A stretch of DNA of 16,651 bases, taken from the NCBI RefSeq assembly GCF_006345805.1, contig NW_021825129.1, forward strand, positions 1 through 16,651, read 5' to 3'. This document shows positions 9,065 to 16,651 of this stretch, in pieces (the first letter of the stretch is position 1; the number at the start of each line of letters is the position of its first letter). A program made the translations under genes and the position numbers. The notes below the pieces were generated by a model. The model saw only the letters and a list, made by a program, of their open reading frames with translations. It did not search any database and was not told the origin of the DNA. This DNA comes from Octopus sinensis (lineage: Eukaryota).

Positions 9065-9906
9065 TATTTAAAATGAAAATCATGTCCATAACACATAACA
9101 CTGACACTCTTGCAACTGTTGGTGTGTGTTTTATTTTTGGTTCAGAATATCCCAAATGATGTGAGAATTATTAATTGTATGTGTGAATCTTTGTGCGTGC
9201 GAGTGCACGTGCTTGTGTGTATATATATACATATATATTTAGTGTACGTGTATATATATATATATATATATCTATATATATATATATACACATATATATA
9301 TATATATATACATTATATATATATACATATATGTATATACACACACACACATATATGTGTGTGTGTGTGCGTGGTGTATCTATATATATACGCACAAATA
9401 GTATATGTGTATTACATATATAATATATATATATATATCCATATATACACATTATACACATATACATGCTTATATATATATATATATATTATATATATAT
9501 ATATATATATAATGTATACATACACAATGGTATGTGTATAACGCAATATAGTATATATATATATATAGATATATATATATAGATATATATATATTAATAT
9601 AGCTGTATGTAAAAACACACACATCCTCATACACATACACATACATATAAATATATATATATATTATAAGAGAGAAACGCAGTTACATAATTACTTTTTA
9701 TTGCTAGTTTGGGGCAATTAACACCTTTCGCTTATAATATGTTCTCTGTATTCTGGCGAAAAGGAGAAGAATTTTTTTAAGTAGTTTTCAACTTCAAGTC
9801 ATAAACTACGGTTAAAGTAGAGTTCTGCCAAAGGAACTAAAATGTATTATGACAGAAATATCATTTGTAATACTACACTGCTAAAATATTGGAACAACCA
9901 CCGGAA
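9065..9906 (+). repeat. Diverged local duplication, copy 1 (split by a microsatellite field at ~9180-9668)
   Basis: 9065-9170 aligns by eye to 14918-15022 and 9681-9906 to 15097-15335. Confidence 0.7.
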
Positions 9907-9917
9907 GAACAGTAAGG

Positions 9918-9962
<45 letters not shown>

Positions 9963-10165
9963 TATTCAGACAAATACATAACAAAAACACCAGGACTTAC
10001 AAACACATATAACATACAGAAAATTGCACTACTAGGCACTGCACACATCCTACGCAGAACACTTTCCATACAGTAACCATCAGAGCATCACAACAAATCA
10101 CAGTACATACTCAAGGCACACAGAGCTGCGCTCGGTAGTGAAGTGAAAGCACGCTATAAAACGAA
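9963..10165 (+). mobile_element. 5'-truncated R4/Dong-like non-LTR retrotransposon 3' end (family 1)
   Basis: 9963-10076 translates YSDKYITKTPGLTNTYNIQKIALLGTAHILRRTLSIQ*, the C-terminus after a restriction-enzyme-like endonuclease; short 3' UTR then AAT repeats. Confidence 0.8.
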
Positions 10166-10166
10166 A

Positions 10167-10234
<68 letters not shown>

Positions 10235-10280
10235 TAATAATAATAATAATAACAATAATAATAATAATAATAACAACAAT

Positions 10281-10351
<71 letters not shown>

Positions 10352-10363
10352 GCTCAGACTGGT

Positions 10364-10778
10364 CAACTCAGAAAATATAAAGACCTACTCATTGAAATTG
10401 AGAAAATGTGGCATCTCAAGGCGGTTACAATACCAGTGATCGTAGGAGCACTAGGAATGATCAAGAAGGGAACCGAAAATTATATGAGAATGATCCCTGG
10501 CTTACCATCCCTGCAAGAAGTGCAAAAGATTGTCTTAACTGGTACATCACACGTATTGAGAAGAGCATTGTCGCTGTGAGAGCTGTTGCTGCTCATGTAT
10601 TTTAATTTAACCTTAAAAAATTTAAAAAATTAAAAAATAAAAAGAACGAACTATTGAGTTTGGTTTAATGGCCTACCAATGTATACTATGAGTTTCTTTG
10701 CCCTAGGAGTCGGGAAGACGCTCGGCAAGAAATGGAAGCAAATTTGAAAGAAGAAGAAAAAAAAGAAAAAAACAATGA
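10364..10778 (+). mobile_element. 5'-truncated R4/Dong-like non-LTR retrotransposon 3' end (family 2)
   Basis: 10367-10579 translates LRKYKDLLIEIEKMWHLKAVTIPVIVGALGMIKKGTENYMRMIPGLPSLQEVQKIVLTGTSHVLRRALSL*, with the KY.DL and P.IVGALG motifs of REL-endonuclease LINEs; frame absent from the ORF track. Confidence 0.88.
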
Positions 10779-10793
10779 TAATAATAATAATAA

Positions 10794-10968
10794 TCCTTTC
10801 TACTACAGACACAAGGCTTGAAATTTTGGTTGGCGGCGACTAGTCGATTACATCGACCCTAGTATTTTACTGGGAATTAATTTAACGACCCCGAAAGAAC
10901 GTAAACATGGACGAAATGCTTAGCGGCATTTCGGCCGGCGTGCTAACCAATATGCCAGCTTGACGCCT
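10794..10968 (-). mobile_element. Deu/Nin-like SINE (family C), internally deleted, with (ATT)n tail
   Basis: Minus strand reads aggcgtcaagctggcatattggttagcacgccggccgaaatg...ttcggggtcgttaaatt...gggtcgatgtaatcgactagtc...tagtagaaagga then ttattatt; homologous to 11002-11171. Confidence 0.7.
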
Positions 10969-11001
10969 TAAATGGTAATCATAATGATAATACTTATAAT
11001 A

Positions 11002-11171
11002 CTCTCTACTCTAGGCACATGGCATGAAGTTTGGGGGAGGTGACTAGTCGATTACATCGACCCCCAGCACTTCAATTGTACTATTTCCATCGGCCCTGAG
11101 AGGATGTATGTCAAAGTTAACTTCAGAGGAGTACGAACCCAAAACGTTAAGCCGTTAAGAAGAAATGCCTA
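11002..11171 (-). mobile_element. Second family C SINE fragment
   Basis: Shares gactagtcgattacatcgaccc and the tctact..aggcac tail with 10794-10968. Confidence 0.65.
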
Positions 11172-11476
11172 TACTCTTTTACTATTTTTACTTGTTTCAG
11201 TCATTTGACAGTGGCCATGCTGGAGCACTGCCTTTAGTCGATCGAGCAAATCGACCCCAGGACTTATTCTTTGTAAGCCTAGTACTTATTCTATCTGTCT
11301 CTTTTGCCGAACCGCTAAGTTACGGGGACGTTAACACACCAGCATCGGTTGTCAAGCAATGCTAGGGGGACAAACACAGACACACAAACACACACACGCA
11401 TATATATATATACATATATACGACGGACTTCTTTCAGTTTCCATCTACCAAATCCACTCACAACCACTCCTACGCT
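11172..11476 (-). mobile_element. Family A SINE with internal deletion of most of the tRNA-like head
   Basis: 11172-11463 is the reverse complement of the family A body and tail; 11464-11476 is the extreme 5' end (aagcgtaggagtgg). Confidence 0.9.
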
Positions 11477-11490
11477 TATATATATATATA

Positions 11491-11979
11491 CTAGCAGTAT
11501 CGCCCGGCGTTGCTCGGGTTTGTAAGGGAAATAACTATATAAGCATTTTTAGAGAGTTACTTCCCTTATAAATTCGGGCTTTCTTAGCCATTTTTGTTTT
11601 GGTGTCTTCAAGCCATGAAGTCGTTGTTCTAAAAGAACGCTGGTTTCCTTCACAACGCATTGCGACGTTGATTTCTTTACACTCCCCTCCCCACAGCTTC
11701 AAGAGGGAGGGAAGGGGAGAAGCAAACAGGTGCAGCTGGTGAGCGTGGACGCCAACTCCGCCGCCATCGACATACGATGCATTTTATGCATTAAAATGGA
11801 ATAAAAAATGATGTTAAATTATTTTTAAAATCGTAGACTCATCGTTGACGCGCGCTAATAGTCAGACGGGCTTGATATGAATCACGACTATAAGATACCC
11901 GAATTTGGTTAAACTGCACCGCAAAATGTGGGAGGATTAGGAATCTAAATCGAAGGGGACAGACACTCACACAACTAGA

Positions 11980-11990
<11 letters not shown>
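11491..11990 (-). mobile_element. Non-autonomous Helitron
   Basis: Minus-strand 3' end cccgagcaacgccggg hairpin (11503-11518), then gatactgCTAG|t at 11491; 5' end tatataaaactctag merges into (TA)n so the initial TC is not visible; no TSD or TIR. Confidence 0.8.
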
Positions 11991-12028
<38 letters not shown>

Positions 12029-12032
<4 letters not shown>

Positions 12033-12077
12033 AAACTCTAGTTGTGTGAGTGTCTGTCCCCTTCGATTTAGATTCCT

Positions 12078-12079
<2 letters not shown>
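12029..12079 (+). repeat. 51-bp inverted copy of the Helitron 5' end
   Basis: Exact reverse complement of 11937-11987. Confidence 0.93.
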
Positions 12080-12108
<29 letters not shown>

Positions 12109-12173
12109 TAGGCACTCCTGCGCCTATATATATTTATATATATATATATATATATATCTATATATATCTATAT

Positions 12174-12213
<40 letters not shown>

Positions 12214-12215
<2 letters not shown>

Positions 12216-12622
12216 CGCAGGAGTGGCTGTGTGGTAAGGAACTTGCTAACCAACCACATGGTTCTGGTTCAGTTCCACTGCGTGGCATCTTGGGCAAGTG
12301 TCTTCTACTATAGCCCCGGGCCGACCAAAGCCTTGTGAGTGGATTTGGTAGATGGAACTGAAAGAAGCCCGTCGTATATATGTATATATACTATATGCGT
12401 GTGGGTGTTGTGTGTGTCTGTGTTTGTCCCCCTAGCATTGCTTGACAACCGATGCTGGGCGTGTTTATGTCCCCGTTACTTAGCGGTTCGGCAAAGAGAC
12501 CGATAGAATAAGAACTGGGCTTACAAAAGAATAAGTCCCGGGGCCGAGTTGCTCGATTAAAGGCGGTGCTCCAGCATGGCGCAGCAGAGAAAATGACTGA
12601 AACAAATAAAAGAGTAAAAGAG
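12214..12622 (+). mobile_element. Full-length family A tRNA-derived SINE
   Basis: ggcgcaggagtggctgtgtggtaag (A box), ggttcagttcc (B box), CORE-like cttgggcaagtg, internal TA/TG tract, taaaagag x2 tail; matches 15995-16404. Confidence 0.92.
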
Positions 12623-12790
12623 TATATATATACACACACACACACACAAACACACACAACACACCACATATATATATATATAATATATATTATATATATA
12701 TATATTATATATTTATATATATATTTATATATATATATTATATAGTAAGTAATTAAGGGTTCAGCAACGATTTGCCTCACCACATATATA

Positions 12791-12837
<47 letters not shown>

Positions 12838-12895
12838 ACACAAACACACACATACACGCATAACACATACACAGACGCATAGTATATAGATGTAT

Positions 12896-12962
<67 letters not shown>

Positions 12963-12990
12963 ATACACATACACACACTCATATTTATGT
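12623..12990. repeat. (TA)n/(CA)n microsatellite field
   Basis: Directly visible; a short unique island at ~12744-12783. Confidence 0.9.
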
Positions 12991-12992
12991 AC

Positions 12993-13195
12993 GTGCATAG
13001 CTGTGCGGTTAAAAAGTTCGTTTTGCAATCACTTGTCTTCTGGTTCAGCCCCATTTTGCAATACCCTATATGCCACTCTATTGCGAGTGCATTCGGTAGA
13101 AGGAAACTGTGGAAAGCCCGTCGTATATGTAAGTTTGCATGTGTGTGTGCCTATATGCGTGTATATGTGCCTGCGTGCACGAATAACCGCTTGAT
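12993..13195 (+). mobile_element. Old degenerate family A SINE
   Basis: gctgtgcggttaaaaagttcg...tggttcagcccca...ttgcgagtgcattcggtagaaggaaactgtggaaagcccgtcgtatat aligns to family A. Confidence 0.65.
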
Positions 13196-13381
13196 TTGTA
13201 TGTCTATTCATCAGAGGCTATCTAGGTCAAGGTTGGTCAAGGTTTATATAAAATCAATATATCGTTACTAGTTTGAGTCAGGGAAGTGTGGCCATGCTTG
13301 GGCACCCTCTGCAAGAGGTTTATGTTTTTTTATATTCGTTCCGGTACTCCATCTTGGTGCTCGATATTTTATCGGATTGTA

Positions 13382-13560
13382 TTGTCTATGTTCAGTCCAC
13401 TGCAAGACGAAGGCCTCAGCATGCTCTCCCCACCAACCCCTGTCTGTCGTGGAGGCTGTGAGTTTGAGATTGAAATCATACTGGTTTGATGAGCCTACTC
13501 GTCCACACTGGTTCCAGATGCTTGGCAGAGGGGTGCATTCTTTTTATATTCTTACCCAGG
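13382..13560 (-). mobile_element. Decayed RTE-clade LINE 3' end
   Basis: Minus strand translates ...TDRGWWGEHAEAFVLQWTEH (~13388-13448), matching the DR..W...EAFVLQW C-terminus of RTE ORFs as recalled; 5' limit uncertain. Confidence 0.6.
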
Positions 13561-13974
13561 AGTACTTCTTATATTGACCGCATAAAAGTGTGTATGGGTT
13601 GGCGTGCAAAATAGAGTTCGGTTGGGTTTGACCATCAGAACTTAAAATGGCTTAAAGAATTACTACAATTTATTCTTGATCAACGCTGAATAAATTGTAG
13701 TATGATCTATAATTGTAATGGATGAGCTGTCATCTACTGCTGATATATCTGAGGGTATAAGTGTGTATGTGTGTGCGTATATGTGTACGTGTATATGTAC
13801 ACACATACACACACTTTCACACACACACATGCACATGAACGCTTCATACAAATGCATTCGCAGATTCATACATATATACAGACAGACAGACTTAGCCGTC
13901 GTATTGTTGTAAGAAACACAGTTCCCTTTCTTTGCTAAATTTAGACGATTAACTCTTAATATCATTCTATACCA

Positions 13975-14261
13975 TTTTTTTTTTTTTTTAGTTTGTTCCT
14001 TCTCGAGCCATGCCTGGCTCATAAGGGCCGGTTTCCCGGTTTCCTTGGCGTATAGGTTCCCCACCTGGACGGAACGCCTGTCCGTTGCAGGTGAGCTACA
14101 ATTTGCAGGAGCAAAAAGTGAGAGAAAGTTGTGGTGAAAGAGTCAGCAGAAGTTCGCCATTACCTTCTGCCGGAGCCGCGTTGAGCTTAGGTGTTTCACT
14201 CATAAACCCGCGATCCCTCAACCGCGAGTCTGCTGCTCTAACCACTAGGCCATGTGCCTCC
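13975..14261 (-). mobile_element. tRNA-derived SINE (family B head, tail type 2) with poly(A) tail
   Basis: Minus strand ggaggcacatggcctagtggttagagcagcagactcgcgg... shares head and body with 8195-8499; different 3' half; T run at 13975-13989. Confidence 0.87.
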
Positions 14262-14917
14262 TCTCTATTCAACGTACTGAAACTTGATGTCTTACAAAAG
14301 TAAAGGCGACCATTTCTATATATCACGTCACTTTGCTTCCCATCCAGTAATTCTCCCCAGTCAGCAAGAGACCGATACTGAATTAGCTAAGAAGGCTCAG
14401 ACTCACTCATTATTCAACAACCATCAGCCGCATTTAGAAGCCGTAGCTCTTCCACCACTCGATATGAAGCATCCGAACGATCAGTGATACTTTTTGCGCT
14501 ACTGAAATCATAATTAAAGCTCGATTGGAATTTGTTATTAGAAATATACGCCAATTTCCATTTGGGTATGCGCAAGATGAAATGACAGTGGAATAGGTTC
14601 TAGATTAGCAGACATATGTGCACACCCCATCCAACACACACGCGCGCATGCGCGCGCACGCACTTATTGATTATCGTGGGGTCATTAAGCTTTTAATAGC
14701 TTTTCACTCATCAATTGAAATTATTGAGAACACATTGTTCATATCTGCACGTACATGCATGTTTATCTCCTGAAAATTTTACTTGGCAAAAATTATTGCA
14801 TATTTATTGCATAGTTTTTTTTATTTTTATTTAAATTTTAAACAACTATAGATGGAGTGCACTTATCGTAAATTTATCGAAGTTTTTAAACTCATTAATC
14901 ACTTAAGGTATTCAGTT

Positions 14918-15376
14918 TATTTAAAATATATAAATCTTTTCAGTAATACAGATCCTGCAAATCTTGAAACCACTGGTTTATGGTTTGTTTTGATTCCGTA
15001 TATCCTGAACGGTCTTAATATTACCCATTCCCTTTTTTGTTCTGTTTTTCAATATCCATCTATGTTGTTATATTTATATAAATATAATACAAAAAGAGTT
15101 ACATAATTTTGATAATGTCAAGTTGGTGCAATTAATACTTCATGCTAATAATGCCTTCCGCCGTAACTGGTGGAAAGAAAATATAATCTTTCTTTTATTT
15201 CTTCATATATTTTACAACTTCAGTCATAAATTACAGTTAAAGAGAGTTCTGCGGGTGGAATGAAAATTTATTATGTGACAGAAACATCATTCTTGTAACA
15301 CCATATCTCTAAAGACTTTTAAACAACAACGGAAATGGTTTCATTGACAATGATCTTTTCTAAAGTAGGCACGAGG
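14918..15376 (+). repeat. Diverged local duplication, copy 2
   Basis: For example caacttcagtcataaattacagttaaagagagttctgc here versus caacttcaagtcataaactacggttaaagtagagttctgc near 9790-9828. Confidence 0.7.
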
Positions 15377-15607
15377 TAACTAATTAAGGTGTTTAAATCA
15401 TATCTGGCTAAGAACCCGATTTACAGTACATCATTACAGCAATAAACGACCACGTAGGATTATTGTAGCTGAAGCTAACCACCAGCCAAAGTATATGCTG
15501 GTACCATGGCCATCGAGCCATTTCAATGGATGATCGCGAAGCGTTGAGCTAATATCATTGTCATTTAATAACTATATATGTGTAGCATCCTTGTACCATG
15601 GCCATCT

Positions 15608-15933
15608 GTGAAGGCACGTGGCTTAGAGGTTAGGGCATTCGGCTCACGATTGTAAGGTCGTGAGTTCAATTCCCAGCAACGCATTGTGTCCTTGAGCAAG
15701 ATACTTTATTTCATGTTGCTCCAGTCCACTCAGCTGGCAAAGATGAGTTGTACCTGTACTTCAAAGGGCCGGCCTTGTCACACTCTGTGTCTCGCTGAAT
15801 CTCCCTGAGAACTACGTTAAGGGTACACGTGTTTCTGGATTGCTCAGTCACTTGCTCGTTAATTTCACGAGCAAGCTGTCCCATTGATCGTATCACCTGG
15901 GACAATCGTCGTCGTAACTGACGGAGTGCTCTC
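15608..15933 (+). mobile_element. CORE-domain tRNA-derived SINE (family D) with 12-bp target-site duplication
   Basis: A box tggcttagagg, B box gagttcaattcc, CORE-like tgtgtccttgagcaagatacttta...ccagtccactcagctg; atgtgtagcatc at 15578-15589 and 15934-15945. Confidence 0.88.
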
Positions 15934-15994
15934 ATGTGTAGCATCTATTCGGTGGGTAACCAAGAAGATTTCTAACTGTGGAACATATACATAC

Positions 15995-16404
15995 CAGGAG
16001 TGGCTGTGTGGTAAGTAGCTTGTTTACCAACCACATGGTTCCGGGTTCAGTCCCACTGCGTGGCATCTTGGGCCAAGTGTCTTCTGCTATAGCCCCGGCC
16101 GACCAATGCCTTGTGAGTGGTTTGGTACACGGAACTGAGAAAGCCTGTCGTATATATGTATATATCTATGTATGTATGTGTGTGTATAGTTTTGTGTGTC
16201 TGTATTTGTCCCCCTAGCATTGCTTGACAACCGATGCTGGTGTGTTTACGTCCCCGTCACTTAGCGGTTCGGCAAAAGAGACCGATAGAATAAGTACTAC
16301 TGGGCTTACAAAGAATAAGTCCCGGGGTCGATTTGCTCGACTAAAGGCGGTGCTCCAGCATGACCACAGTCAAATGACTGAAACAAGTAAAAGAGTAAAA
16401 GAGT
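15995..16404 (+). mobile_element. Near full-length family A SINE
   Basis: Aligns end to end with 12214-12622; possible short TSD atacca (15991-15996, 16405-16410). Confidence 0.92.
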
Positions 16405-16651
16405 ATACCATGCACACATTTCCTTGTGAGCGCGTATGTGTGTGTGAGTGCATGTGTGTGTGCGTGTGTATATGTGTGTGTGGGAGATTCTGTCTCTCTG
16501 CCTGTCTGTGTGGGGGGGGGGGACGGGAAGCGGTCAAATCAAAGTTAAAACAAAAACAGGAAAGACAACAAAAGACAAAAGATCGCAAAGTGAATATATT
16601 AGGTTGACTCCAAGCGAAAGTTCAAGATGGCAGATAGGAGGGAGGGTTGTG

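Larger units (their letters stand above)
9918..10794. repeat. (AAT)n/(AAC)n array split into three blocks (9918-9961, ~10167-10351, ~10774-10794) by two LINE fragments
   Basis: Directly visible trinucleotide runs. Confidence 0.9.

Noticed and set aside
10143-10439. Poly-Asn or poly-Leu protein
   Set aside because: Read-through of (AAT)n; the real coding remnant is in another frame (10367-10579).

Overview
AT-rich animal genomic DNA with no recognisable host gene; the SINE families and extreme (TA)n/(CA)n load suggest an octopus or other coleoid cephalopod (inferred, not searched). The window is a nest of repeats. The main feature is a near full-length, frameshifted Penelope-like retroelement (RT + C-terminal GIY-YIG, minus strand, ~3217-5721) with an inverted 5' pseudo-LTR (5725-6248); both pLTR copies carry a non-canonical hammerhead-ribozyme-like motif. 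Next to it, in the same (TA)n cluster, lie a 776-bp-period non-coding partial tandem with a structured 3' end and a spacer-less palindrome that folds back at a second hammerhead-like motif. Also present: a 10-unit ~94-bp minisatellite amplified from a SINE body, a TTAGGG-containing hairpin, two different R4/Dong-like LINE 3' ends stacked in one (AAT)n array, a non-autonomous Helitron, an RTE remnant, about eleven SINE copies or fragments from four families, and an old diverged local duplication. Most supplied ORFs are microsatellite artefacts. Many single-base indels between near-identical copies suggest long-read consensus errors.
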